Shown here: positions 39,595-49,081 of the stretch, one piece after another | Position numbering within the stretch: position 1 is the stretch's first letter | Layout of the letters: each line of letters opens with the position of its first letter | Source of the DNA: Alphaproteobacteria bacterium | GTDB lineage: Bacteria; Pseudomonadota; Alphaproteobacteria; MPNO01; UBA830 | Length of the DNA stretch: 64,000 nt | Assembly: GCA_965243135.1 (NCBI GenBank) | Contig: OZ251539.1 | Location: forward strand, 1,440,001 to 1,504,000 | Direction: 5' to 3' | The notes under the pieces: generated by a model | The model's database searches: none | What the model saw: only the letters and a program-made list of their open reading frames with translations | What the model was told of the DNA's origin: nothing | Translations under genes and position numbers: made by a program

Positions 39595-40259
39595 ACGCTG
39601 ACGACGGCCTGCGCTTCGCCACGCCGCGAGGGCGCATTCTCGACGAGTTGATGCCGCTGCTGAGGCAGGCCGGGATCGCGCCGGAGGCCTCTTTTTCGGA
39701 CGAGCGGGAGCGCAAGCTCCAGTTCGCGACGAACATGCCGGAACTTTCGCTTCTGCGCGTGCGGTCTTTCGACGTCGCGACCATCGTCGCTTTCGGCGGC
39801 GCGCAGTTCGGCGTGGCCGGGCGCGACGTGCTCATGGAGTTCGACTATCCGGAGATCTACGCGCCCCTCGATCTCGCGATCGGGCATTGCCGCATGGTCG
39901 TGGCCGAGCCAGAGGAGCTTCGCCGGAACGACAATCCCGCTTCGTGGAGTCACGTCCGCGTGGCGACCAAGTATCCGGAAGTCACGCGCCGGCATTTCGC
40001 CGCCCGCGGCGTGCAGGCCGAATGCGTCAAATTGAACGGGGCGGTCGAAATCGCTCCGTCCCTCGGACTGTGCCGCCGCATCGTCGATCTCGTTTCCACC
40101 GGCTCGACCCTGAAGGCCAATGGCCTCGTCGAAATCGAGGAGGTCGCTTCCATCACGTCGTGCCTGATCGTCAATCGGGCGGCGCTCAAGACGCGGTCCG
40201 CCGAATTGCACGGCTGGATCGACCGATTCAGAAAGGTCGTCGATGCCGCTCAGACTTGA
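39591..40259 (+). CDS. hisG: ATP phosphoribosyltransferase (short form)
   Basis: VRSFDV, G.DVL.E, RVATKYP, KLNG.VE.AP, IVDLVSTG.TL.ANGL. Confidence 0.93.
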   Translation: MNADDGLRFATPRGRILDELMPLLRQAGIAPEASFSDERERKLQFATNMPELSLLRVRSFDVATIVAFGGAQFGVAGRDVLMEFDYPEIYAPLDLAIGHCRMVVAEPEELRRNDNPASWSHVRVATKYPEVTRRHFAARGVQAECVKLNGAVEIAPSLGLCRRIVDLVSTGSTLKANGLVEIEEVASITSCLIVNRAALKTRSAELHGWIDRFRKVVDAAQT

Positions 40260-41547
40260 CGCTGCCGATCCCGCCTTCGCCGCGGACTTCTCCGCGTTCG
40301 TCGCCGCGCGCCGCGGCGTCGCGGAAAACGTCGCGGCGGCGGTGGCTGACATCGTCGCCGACGTACGGAAGCGCGGCAGCGACGCGGTGCTCGACTACAC
40401 CCGGCGCTTCGACGGGCTGGATCTTGCCGCGAGCGGCGACCTCGTTTTTTCGGCGGACGAGATCGCGCGCGCGCGCGACCGCTGCGACCCGGCGCAAGTC
40501 GACGCCCTGGAATTCGCCGCGGCCCGGATCCGCGAGTTTCACGAGCGCCAGCGTCCGGACGGATTCGCCTATACCGACGAGGACGGAGTCAGGCTCGGCC
40601 TCCGCTGGACTCCGGTATCGTCGGCGGGAATCTACGTGCCGGGCGGCGCGGCGGCCTACCCTAGTTCGGCGTTGATGAACGCGATACCCGCCGCGGTCGC
40701 TGGCGTTCCCCGGATCGTCATGGCGGTGCCGACGCCGGGCGGGAACGTCAACCCGCTCGTTCTCGCGGCGGCGGAGATCGCCGGCGTCGGAGAGGTCCAT
40801 CGCATGGGCGGCGCCCAGGCGATCGCGGCGCTGGCCTGGGGCACCGACGTTCTCGATCCGGTCGACAAGATCGCCGGGCCGGGCAACGTCTGGGTTGCCG
40901 AAGCCAAGCGCCAGGCGTTCGGCGCGGTCGGAATCGATATGATCGCCGGCCCGTCGGAGATCCTCGTCGTCGCCGACCGGGAGAACGATCCCGCGTGGAT
41001 AGCGGCCGACCTCCTGTCGCAAGCCGAGCACGACGTCAGCGCGCAGGCGATCCTGATTACGGACGACGCCGGATTCGCCGATGCGGTCGAAGCGGCGGCC
41101 CGGACGCTTCTGGAGACGCTGCCCCGCGCCGAGATCGCCGGCGCCAGCTGGGAGGGCCACGGCGCGATCGTGGTCGTCGGCGCGCTCGCCGACGCGCCGC
41201 CGCTCGTCGACCGGATTGCTCCCGAACATCTGGAACTCGCCGTCTCGGACCCGGATCCGCTCGCCGAACGAGTCCGTCACGCCGGCGCGATCTTCTTCGG
41301 AAGGCACACGCCCGAGGCGGTCGGCGACTACGTCGCCGGACCCAACCACGTGTTGCCGACCGACGGGAGCGCGCGCTTTTCGTCCGGGCTCGGGGTTGCC
41401 GACTTCATGAAACGGACGACGCTGGTGGGTTGCGACGACCGGGCGCTGGCGAGGATCGGACCCGCGGCGGCGACGCTGGCGGCCGCGGAAGGTCTGGCCG
41501 CCCATGCGCTGTCGGTGTCGCTCCGGCTCGGCGAGGCGGAGCGTTGA
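40243..41547 (+). CDS. hisD: Histidinol dehydrogenase
   Basis: G.YVPGG.A.YPSS, GGAQAIAALA, GPGN, IDMIAGPSE, QAEHD, APEHLE, GPNHVLPT. Confidence 0.96.
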   Translation: MPLRLDAADPAFAADFSAFVAARRGVAENVAAAVADIVADVRKRGSDAVLDYTRRFDGLDLAASGDLVFSADEIARARDRCDPAQVDALEFAAARIREFHERQRPDGFAYTDEDGVRLGLRWTPVSSAGIYVPGGAAAYPSSALMNAIPAAVAGVPRIVMAVPTPGGNVNPLVLAAAEIAGVGEVHRMGGAQAIAALAWGTDVLDPVDKIAGPGNVWVAEAKRQAFGAVGIDMIAGPSEILVVADRENDPAWIAADLLSQAEHDVSAQAILITDDAGFADAVEAAARTLLETLPRAEIAGASWEGHGAIVVVGALADAPPLVDRIAPEHLELAVSDPDPLAERVRHAGAIFFGRHTPEAVGDYVAGPNHVLPTDGSARFSSGLGVADFMKRTTLVGCDDRALARIGPAAATLAAAEGLAAHALSVSLRLGEAER

Positions 41548-41557
41548 CGCGCCGGCC

Positions 41558-42022
41558 ATGAGCCGACTGATCGACGTGCGGCTCGACGACGCCAACTTCC
41601 ATGCGCGCAATCCGGAAGTCGAGCACGAACGCCGCGTGGCGATTTTCGATCTGCTTGAGGAGAACAGCTTCGCGCTCGCGGGCGGCGACGCCGGACCCTA
41701 CGCTCTCCGCCTCTCGCGAGAGGAAAACCGGCTGATATTCGAAGTGAGCGGCGAGGACGGCGGGCATCTCGCCGACGTGCCGCTGTCGCTGTCCTCGCTG
41801 CGCAAGATCATTCGGGACTACTTCACCGTCTGCGAGAGCTATTACGACGCGATCAAGAACGCGAGCCCCTCGAAGATCGAGGCAATCGACATGGGGCGGC
41901 GCGGGCTTCACGACGAGGGCGCGGAGATTCTCAGGACGGCGCTCGCCGACCGGATCGAAATCGACGAAAGCACGGCGCGGCGGTTGTTTACGCTGATCTG
42001 CGTGCTTCACGTGCGGGGTTGA
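41558..42022 (+). CDS. UPF0262 family protein
   Basis: EHERRVAIFDLLEEN.F, IDMGRRG.H.EG, ARRLFTLICVLH. Confidence 0.9.
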   Translation: MSRLIDVRLDDANFHARNPEVEHERRVAIFDLLEENSFALAGGDAGPYALRLSREENRLIFEVSGEDGGHLADVPLSLSSLRKIIRDYFTVCESYYDAIKNASPSKIEAIDMGRRGLHDEGAEILRTALADRIEIDESTARRLFTLICVLHVRG

Positions 42023-42027
42023 AGGCG

Positions 42028-42459
42028 ATGTCCGTCCGCCCGTCCAGCGTCCTTTTCGTTTGCAGCGAGAACGCCCTGCGCTCGCCGATGGCCGAGGCGT
42101 TGACCAAGGCCGGTTTCGGCTCGGAGGTCTTCGTCGATTCGGTGGGAGTGCGCGACGGCGACCTCGACGCCATGGCGATAGCCGTGATGGAAGAAATCGG
42201 CGTCGACCTGTCGCGCCACAAGTCGAAGCGCCTCGCCGATCTCATGGACACGTCGTTCGAACTTATCGTGACCCTGTCGCCGGAGGCGCAGCACAAGGCC
42301 ATCGAACTGACCCGGGTCACGGCTTCCGAGGTCGAGTATTGGCCGACGCCGGATCCGTCGGTCGCGGAAGGACATAGGGAATCGCGCCTTATCGCCTACC
42401 GCGAATTGCGCGACTATCTGCGAACGCGGATCGAGCGGCGCTTTCGCGGCGAGGGCTGA
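42028..42459 (+). CDS. Low-molecular-weight phosphatase / ArsC-like protein
   Basis: [17 protein letters not shown]-loop, YW.TPDP. Confidence 0.85.
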   Translation: MSVRPSSVLFVCSENALRSPMAEALTKAGFGSEVFVDSVGVRDGDLDAMAIAVMEEIGVDLSRHKSKRLADLMDTSFELIVTLSPEAQHKAIELTRVTASEVEYWPTPDPSVAEGHRESRLIAYRELRDYLRTRIERRFRGEG

Positions 42460-42580
42460 GCCGCCGGGCGGCGCCTGCGAGGCGGGCCGTTCCGCGGTTC
42501 CCGTTTTCGGCGCGGTCTGCGAGGCGCTTGACCTGAAGGCCGCAAAGCCGCATTGTTCCAACGAACGATTAGGAGATACG

Positions 42581-42799
42581 ATGCCAAAGGAAGACTTGAT
42601 GGAGTTTTCCGGGACCGTGACGGAATTGCTTCCCAACGCGATGTTCCGGGTGAAACTTGACAACGAGCATATCGTACTGGCCCATACCTCCGGCAAGATG
42701 CGCAAGAACCGCATTCGCGTCCTTGCAGGCGACCGCGTCAACGTCGAAATGACGCCGTACGACCTCACCAAGGGACGCATCACCTTTCGTTTCAAGTAA
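42581..42799 (+). CDS. infA: Translation initiation factor IF-1
   Basis: [38 protein letters not shown]. Confidence 0.98.
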   Translation: MPKEDLMEFSGTVTELLPNAMFRVKLDNEHIVLAHTSGKMRKNRIRVLAGDRVNVEMTPYDLTKGRITFRFK

Positions 42800-42804
42800 A
42801 TTTC

Positions 42805-43392
42805 ATGGCGCGGCTGGTTCTCGCCTCCGCGTCGCCGCGCCGACGGGAGTTGCTGGCCGGAATCGGAATCTTTCCGGACGCGGTCGTTCCTCCGGATTTG
42901 GACGAGACGCCCTGCAGGCGCGAGCTCCCGGCCCGGACCGCGCGGCGCTTGGCGGACTCGAAAGCGGATTCGATCGCCGGACGAGAGCCCGAGGCGTTCG
43001 TGATCGCGGCCGATACCGTGGTCGCGCTGGGCCGCCGGCCTTTGGGCAAGCCGGTCGACGAGAACGAAGCGCGGCGCTTCCTCGGCATGATTTCCGGGCG
43101 TCGGCACCGCGTCTACGGCGGGGTGGCGGTGATCGCGCCGGACGGTCGCCGCGCCGGACGGTTGGTGACGACGGTGGTCAGTTTCAAGCGTCTTTCTCGT
43201 CCGGAAGTCGAGGACTATCTAGCCAGCGGCGAATGGCGCGACAAGGCGGGAGGGTACGCCATACAGGGCAGGGCGGCGGCCCTCGTTCCGCGGATCAACG
43301 GTTCGTACTCCAACGTCGTCGGGCTGCCGCTTTACGAAACCGTCTCGCTTTTGCAAGGATTGGGCTTTCGGGCCGGGAAGAAGACGGAATGA
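42805..43392 (+). CDS. maf: Maf family nucleotide pyrophosphatase (YhdE-like)
   Basis: LASASPRR.ELL, ADTVV, GKP, DKAGGYAIQG, SNVVGLP. Confidence 0.92.
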   Translation: MARLVLASASPRRRELLAGIGIFPDAVVPPDLDETPCRRELPARTARRLADSKADSIAGREPEAFVIAADTVVALGRRPLGKPVDENEARRFLGMISGRRHRVYGGVAVIAPDGRRAGRLVTTVVSFKRLSRPEVEDYLASGEWRDKAGGYAIQGRAAALVPRINGSYSNVVGLPLYETVSLLQGLGFRAGKKTE

Positions 43393-44798
43393 CGAGGGAA
43401 TTGTTCGTAAACGTCATGCCGACGGAAGTTCGGGCCGCCTTGGTCGAGGACGGGCGCCTGACCGACCTCGTCCTGGAGCGCAGCGAGCGGGCCAGTCTGA
43501 TCGGAGACGTTTACCTCGGGCGAGTCGAGCGCGTGATGAATGGCGCCGCCTTCGTCGATATCGGAATGGCGCGCTCCGGCTTTCTCGGACTCGACGAAGG
43601 CTGGCGGGACGGCGGCGACTCGGTGCACGAGGGCGAGGCTGTCGTCGTTCAGGTCCTGAAAGACGCCACCGGAACGAAGGGCGTCCAGCTGTCGCGCCGA
43701 TTGGCTCTGCCGGGACGATTTCTGGTCTACACGCCGCTCCAGGATCGCGTGACGGTGTCCCGGCAGATCGCGGACGAAGACGAACGCGCCCGGTTGGTCG
43801 GGCTGGCGGAGGAAATCGCCGGCCCCGGAGACGGCTTCATACTTCGAACCGCGGCGGCCGGCGTCGGGCGCGCCGAACTGGAAATCGACGCCGGAGATCT
43901 GCTTGAGAAATGGCGGGCGATAGAAGACGCGCGGACGATCGCGAAGCCGCCGTCCTGCTTGCATGCCGATGCGGATCCGGTGCTCCGAATCCTGCGGGAC
44001 TACGCGCTGGGCGACATCGATTCCATTCGCCTCGACGATCGCGCGGCCGTCGCGGCGGCGCGCGAGTTTTGCGAGCAGGTCGCGGCGGGAACGGCACAGC
44101 GCGTCCGGCATCACGCCGGACCCGCGGACATGTTCCGGCAGTTCGACATCGAGGAAGAAATTGAACGGCTCTGTCTGCGCCGGGTGCCCCTTCCGTCCGG
44201 CGGGACCTTGGTGATCGAGAGCACGGAAGCTCTCACCGCCATCGACGTCAACTCAGGGCGGTTGGACGCAGGACCCGAGCGGACCGCGTTCCTGACGAAT
44301 TGCGAGGCGGCTGCGGAGGCGCTGCGCCAGATCCGGTTGCGAAACGTCGCCGGGCTGATCGTGGTGGATTTCATCCACATGGACGACCAAAGCCACAGGG
44401 ACGAGGTTCTTTCGCTTCTCGAAAGCGCCGCCGCTGCGGACCGCAACGCGACGCGCGTCCTCGGTTTTTCGAATGCCGGCCTCGTCGAGATCACGCGCCG
44501 CCGCCGCCGCGAGCCGCTCCTGAACATCATGACCGAAACGTGCGCAGCCTGCGCCGGGCTGGGCCGGACGGCGTCCGTCGACGTCGTTTGCCTGGATATA
44601 CTCAGGGCGCTCAGGCGCGACGCGCGGATTGCGCCGCCCGGGACGCTGGCGGTTCGCGCCGCGCCCGAGGTGGCGGACCGGCTGGCCGCGCGCTACGAGG
44701 ACTCGGTCGGGGCGCTGCGCGCGGAAAGCGGCCGCGCCGTAGAGATTTCCGGCGAGAAGGGGCGCGGGCGCGAGCGTTATGAAATCGCCGTCGTGTAG
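43389..44798 (+). CDS. rng: Ribonuclease E/G family (RNase G-like)
   Basis: S1 domain with AAFVDIG, TEALT.IDVN.G, RQIRLRN..G.I.VDFI.M, C..C.G.G. Confidence 0.88.
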   Translation: MTRELFVNVMPTEVRAALVEDGRLTDLVLERSERASLIGDVYLGRVERVMNGAAFVDIGMARSGFLGLDEGWRDGGDSVHEGEAVVVQVLKDATGTKGVQLSRRLALPGRFLVYTPLQDRVTVSRQIADEDERARLVGLAEEIAGPGDGFILRTAAAGVGRAELEIDAGDLLEKWRAIEDARTIAKPPSCLHADADPVLRILRDYALGDIDSIRLDDRAAVAAAREFCEQVAAGTAQRVRHHAGPADMFRQFDIEEEIERLCLRRVPLPSGGTLVIESTEALTAIDVNSGRLDAGPERTAFLTNCEAAAEALRQIRLRNVAGLIVVDFIHMDDQSHRDEVLSLLESAAAADRNATRVLGFSNAGLVEITRRRRREPLLNIMTETCAACAGLGRTASVDVVCLDILRALRRDARIAPPGTLAVRAAPEVADRLAARYEDSVGALRAESGRAVEISGEKGRGRERYEIAVV

Positions 44799-44964
44799 CG
44801 GCGGCGCGCCCAAGTGTCCGATTTGCGGCGCGCCTCGGACGCCGGAGCACCGTCCGTTCTGTTCCAGACGATGCGCCAATATCGATCTGGGCCGGTGGCT
44901 ATCGGGAACCTATGCGGTCGCCGCCGAAGAGCCGCCGGACGACGCGGGCGAAGACGAGGAATAG
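44779..44964 (+). CDS. yacG: DNA gyrase inhibitor YacG
   Basis: CPIC...RPFCS.RC..IDLGRW..G.Y. Confidence 0.9.
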   Translation: MKSPSCSGGAPKCPICGAPRTPEHRPFCSRRCANIDLGRWLSGTYAVAAEEPPDDAGEDEE

Positions 44965-45067
44965 GCGACCGGGCGCTCGCGCAGGAGGCCCTCGTCCCGC
45001 GGTGGTTCGGCCTTCCGGTTCCTCGATCCGGCGGCTTTCGCGGCCGGCGGCGGCGAAGAAAATTTCG

Positions 45068-45097
45068 TTGACAAGCCGGTCGCGCATCGGCTATGCA
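45068..45097 (+). promoter_or_regulatory. Putative promoter of tRNA-Phe
   Basis: TTGACA at 45068 followed by a weak -10 (TATGCA) just upstream of the tRNA. Confidence 0.5.
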
Positions 45098-45111
45098 GGC
45101 CAACCTGTCGT

Positions 45112-45187
45112 GCCCAGGTAGCTCAGTCGGTAGAGCACTGCACTGAAAATGCAGGTGTCGGTGGTTCGATTCCGCCCCTGGGCACCA
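45112..45187 (+). tRNA. tRNA-Phe(GAA)
   Basis: GCCCAGG acceptor stem, CTGCA-CTGAAAA-TGCAG anticodon arm, GGTTCGATTCC T-arm, CCA. Confidence 0.96.
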
Positions 45188-45206
45188 CCATCCCGCCTTC
45201 GGCGCG

Positions 45207-47027
45207 TCAGGCGTCCATCTCCCGTTCGCCGACCATCCGGAATTCGGAGATCCCGAGCTCGTCGTGGAAATGCCGCAAATGGCGAGGATGCTCCGTCCGC
45301 GCGGGAGCGTCCCGTATCCCGGCGCGCAGCGCCGCCGTGGCTGAAGCGTCGACCTGTCCATCGACGATCGCGACGCCGTAGACCTCGCGCGCGTATTCGA
45401 CGGTGAGGATCTCTTCGCGCACGTCTTCGAGCACTGCGGCCGGATCTCGCTCCAGCGGATCGCCGTGGCCGCCGCCGCCGCCCGAGACGTGAAGGAACGC
45501 CTCGTCCTTCCCGAACCGTACCGCTTCCATGGGCATGACCGGAATCGGCGACTGTCCGGGAGTGCCTGCATTTCTCAGATTCCAGGACGGCGTTCCCGCC
45601 GCGCCGCCGCTCAGGCCGTAGGGGAGAAAACGCCGCCGGTCTGAACGCATCACCATGTGCGTTTCCTCGCCGAGAAAACGGTATTCCCGTTGATAGGCGG
45701 GCGCGCCGCGGCGCTTGCCCGGCCCTCCGGAATTCCGGACCAGGCCGTAGCGGACGATTTCCAGCGGGAACAGCGTCTCCACCATTTCGACAGGCTGGTT
45801 GGTGAGATTCCCCCCTGGGTTGGGTATGCCGAACGTTCCGTCGCGATCGTGCGTCGCTCCCCAGCTTCCGGCCCACGCCTCCGTGCAGACGAAACGGCGG
45901 CCGCCGTCCCAGCCGCTGAAGGACGGGAAGGTCACGCCGCCTTCGCCGGCGGCGGGCACGCGCTCGGGCACGATTTGCGCGAAGCATCCGAGCAGCGCGT
46001 CGAGCGCCCGCCAGCCGACGATCGCACGCGCCGCGCAGGCCGCCGGCGGCAACGGATTCACGATCGTGCCCTCCGGCGCCACGACGTTCAGCGGGCGGAC
46101 GAAGCCTTCGAAGTTCGGGACGTCTTCGCGAGCGATGCACTTGACGATCAGATGGCAGGCAGATTTGACGAACGGAACAGGGCAATTGACGGCGGCGTCC
46201 ACCTGCGGGGCGGAGCCGTTCCAGTCGAGCGTCATGTCGCTGCCGTCGATGGTGACGGCTACCTTGAGGGCAAGCGGTTCCGGGTCTTCGCCAAGCCCGT
46301 CGATATAGTCGGTGAACGTCCAGCTCCCGTCGGGCAGGGCGGCGATTTCGGCCCGCATCGCCCGTTCGGCGTGATCGTGCAGCGCCTCCACGATCGCATG
46401 GTACGCCTCCGCCCCGTAGCGGCGGATCAGCCGGGACAAGGCCGCGTCCGCCGTGCGGCAGGCGGCGACCTGCGCGCGCATGTCTCCGCCCAGCTTGTCG
46501 GGCATGCGGGTGTTCTTTTCCATCAGACGGAAGAACGTCTCGTTGGGCTCGCCGCGGTCGTACAGGCGGATGGGCGGAATTCGCAGGCCTTCCTGAAAGA
46601 TCTCCCGCGCGTAGACGGCCGACGAACCGGGCGCGATGCCGCCCATGTCGATCTGGTGGACGAGGGTCGCCGCGTAGCCTTGAAGGTCGCCGTCGACGAA
46701 GACGGGCTTGACGATGTAGACGTCGGGAAGGTGCTGGCCGCCGCCGCCGTAGGGATCGTTCCAGACGAACATGTCTCCGGGATGCATGTCGCTGCCGTAG
46801 TCCTTCAGGAGGGCCCGCATGGCGTCGGGAAACGATCCGAGATGCAGGGCCATCGTCATGCCGTGCGCCGCGACCCGTCCCTCGCGGTCGCAGATGCCGG
46901 TCGAATAGTCCATGGAATCGCGGACGATCGTGGAGTACGCCGTGCGCATTATCACCAGCGCCATCTCGTCGGCGATGGAGCCGAGGGCGTTCCGCACCAC
47001 TTCCATCGTGACCGGATCGGGCGTCAT
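45207..47027 (-). CDS. Hydantoinase B/oxoprolinase family subunit
   Basis: DPVT.EV, TAYS.IVRD..DYS, NDPY.GG.QHLPD, D.GG..PGS, EG.RIPP, GGGGHGDP.ER. Confidence 0.9.
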   Translation of the reverse strand: MTPDPVTMEVVRNALGSIADEMALVIMRTAYSTIVRDSMDYSTGICDREGRVAAHGMTMALHLGSFPDAMRALLKDYGSDMHPGDMFVWNDPYGGGGQHLPDVYIVKPVFVDGDLQGYAATLVHQIDMGGIAPGSSAVYAREIFQEGLRIPPIRLYDRGEPNETFFRLMEKNTRMPDKLGGDMRAQVAACRTADAALSRLIRRYGAEAYHAIVEALHDHAERAMRAEIAALPDGSWTFTDYIDGLGEDPEPLALKVAVTIDGSDMTLDWNGSAPQVDAAVNCPVPFVKSACHLIVKCIAREDVPNFEGFVRPLNVVAPEGTIVNPLPPAACAARAIVGWRALDALLGCFAQIVPERVPAAGEGGVTFPSFSGWDGGRRFVCTEAWAGSWGATHDRDGTFGIPNPGGNLTNQPVEMVETLFPLEIVRYGLVRNSGGPGKRRGAPAYQREYRFLGEETHMVMRSDRRRFLPYGLSGGAAGTPSWNLRNAGTPGQSPIPVMPMEAVRFGKDEAFLHVSGGGGGHGDPLERDPAAVLEDVREEILTVEYAREVYGVAIVDGQVDASATAALRAGIRDAPARTEHPRHLRHFHDELGISEFRMVGEREMDA

Positions 47028-49081
47028 GCGCCTTTCTCCAGAACGACGTTGCCGGCCTCGTCCGTCAGGGCGCTCCAGCCCGGCGGAACGACGCAGGTGG
47101 AATCGTATTCTTCGAGGACCGCCGGACCGGTTCGCGGCAGCGCGCCGCGATCCACGACCGGCGTCTCGACCGCCCCGGCCGCAGGCCCGAAATATGCCGT
47201 TCGAACATGTGTCCCCGCCGCCTTCCGCCGTTGCCGGAACTTCACGCGCTCCGAGCGTTCGCCGGCGGCGCGCGCGACCGCGCGCAACGTCACGCACTCG
47301 ACCGCTTCGGCCCCGGCCTTGTGGCCGTAGGTGCGTTCGTGCTCGTCGCCGAACCTGTCGGCGAGCCGGGCGAAGTCCGGCGGCTTCCCTTCGCAGCTCA
47401 CCGTGAGTTCGTGCGCCTGTCCGGCGTATCTGAGGTCGGCATGTCGGGAGACGGCGTACCGCTTGCAGCCTTCCCGCCGCATCTCGTTTTTCACGGCCTC
47501 TTCCAGCCGCAGGAACGCCTCCTCCATTCTTTCGGGATCGACGCCGGAGAGGGGACGAAGCCAGCCGCAGCTCGTTTCGTGCTGAACGTCGGCCAGCAGC
47601 AAGCCGTAGGCGCTGAACACGCCCGGCGCGGGCGGAACGACGACGCGCCGCATATCGAGCAGGTCGGCGATTTCGGCGGCGACCGTCGGGCCGTTGCCGC
47701 CGAACGCGAACAACGAGAAGTCCCTCGGGTCGCGGCCGCGGTACGTGGTCACGGCCTTGACCGCCCGGACCATGGCGTTGCATCCGACCTGAAACACGCC
47801 CCAGGCCGCATCGGTCAGGTTTCGTCCGAGGGGCGCGCCGACGCGCTTTTCCAGAACGGCGCGCGCGCGATCCGGGTCGAGGGCCAGATCGCCGCCCACG
47901 AGATGGTCGGGATTGAGGTATCCGAGCGCGAGCAGCGCATCGGCGAAGGTGGGATCCGAGCCGCCCCGGCCGTAGCAGACCGGACCCGGAACCGCGCCTG
48001 CGCTTTCCGGTCCCACCTTCAGGAGGCCGCCGCGATCGAACGCGACGAGGCTGCCGCCGCCGGCGCCGATCTCGGAGATGTCGATGACCGGCAGCTTGAG
48101 CGCGTAACCGCCTCCCATCACGAGCTTGCTCGACAGGTTTATCCCGGCGCCCACTTCGTAGTCGCCGGTCCGCGCGACGCGGCCGCCTTCCACCATCGAA
48201 GCCTTGGCCGTCGTGCCGCCCATGTCGAGCGTGATGCAATCGCCGGGCGGCGCGTGCCGGGCCGCCCCGACAACCCCGGCCGCGGGGCCGGACTCGACGA
48301 TATGGGCCGGCTTGCGGGCGGCCGCGTCGATCGACATGGCGCCGCCGTCGGACTTCATGATCCGCACCGGCGCGGTCACGCCGATTTCCTCGAGGCGTCG
48401 GCCGAGGGAATCGAAATACCCCGCCATGACCGGTCCGAGGCAGGCGTTGATCACGGTCGTCGAGGTGCGTTCGTATTCGCGGATCTCCGGCAGGATGTCG
48501 CTCGAACAGGTGACGAAGACGCCGGAACCGAGAACCTCGCGGGCGATGCGCGCGGCGCGGCGTTCATGATCGGGATTGGCGTAGGCGTGAAGAAAGGAGA
48601 TGGCGACGGCGGCGACGCCTTCGCCGGCGAGACGCTCGCAGGCGGCGGCGACGTCCGCTTCGTCGAGCGGCATGCGGACGTCTCCGCGGGGGCCGGTCCT
48701 CTCGCGCACTTCCAGCCGCCGTCGGCGCGGCACGAGCGGCGGCGGCTTGATCCAGTTCAGGGTATACATCTCGGGGATGCGCAGTCGCCTCAGCTCCAGC
48801 ACGTCCCTGAACCCTTTCGTCGTGAGCAGGCCCGTGCGGGCGCTCTTGCCTTCCAGAATGGCGTTCGTCGCGACCGTCGTGCCGTGAACCACGGTTTCGA
48901 CCGCTTCCGGACCTGCTCCCGCCCGCTCGAGGGCCGCTCGGAGCCCGGTCGCGACGCCGCGTCCGAAGTCGTCGGGCGTCGTCGGCAACTTCTCGGCGTG
49001 CACCGTTCCGTCTCGGCCCATCAGGACGAGATCCGTAAAGGTCCCTCCGATGTCGATGCCGGCGAGGTAACGGGCCGTCAT
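47024..49081 (-). CDS. Hydantoinase/oxoprolinase subunit A
   Basis: GIDIGGTFTD, HGTTVATNA, EYER.STT, ESGPAAG, DMGGTT, IGAGGGS. Confidence 0.9.
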   Translation of the reverse strand: MTARYLAGIDIGGTFTDLVLMGRDGTVHAEKLPTTPDDFGRGVATGLRAALERAGAGPEAVETVVHGTTVATNAILEGKSARTGLLTTKGFRDVLELRRLRIPEMYTLNWIKPPPLVPRRRRLEVRERTGPRGDVRMPLDEADVAAACERLAGEGVAAVAISFLHAYANPDHERRAARIAREVLGSGVFVTCSSDILPEIREYERTSTTVINACLGPVMAGYFDSLGRRLEEIGVTAPVRIMKSDGGAMSIDAAARKPAHIVESGPAAGVVGAARHAPPGDCITLDMGGTTAKASMVEGGRVARTGDYEVGAGINLSSKLVMGGGYALKLPVIDISEIGAGGGSLVAFDRGGLLKVGPESAGAVPGPVCYGRGGSDPTFADALLALGYLNPDHLVGGDLALDPDRARAVLEKRVGAPLGRNLTDAAWGVFQVGCNAMVRAVKAVTTYRGRDPRDFSLFAFGGNGPTVAAEIADLLDMRRVVVPPAPGVFSAYGLLLADVQHETSCGWLRPLSGVDPERMEEAFLRLEEAVKNEMRREGCKRYAVSRHADLRYAGQAHELTVSCEGKPPDFARLADRFGDEHERTYGHKAGAEAVECVTLRAVARAAGERSERVKFRQRRKAAGTHVRTAYFGPAAGAVETPVVDRGALPRTGPAVLEEYDSTCVVPPGWSALTDEAGNVVLEKGA

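Noticed and set aside
37504-45187. Prophage or integrative island at tRNA-Thr or tRNA-Phe
   Set aside because: No integrase, no duplicated tRNA 3' end noticed, and no phage genes in the window.
47028-48239. 400-aa N-terminal extension of hydantoinase B (ORF 45207-48239)
   Set aside because: It overlaps hydantoinase A in another frame; the real start is 47027 (MTPDPVT).
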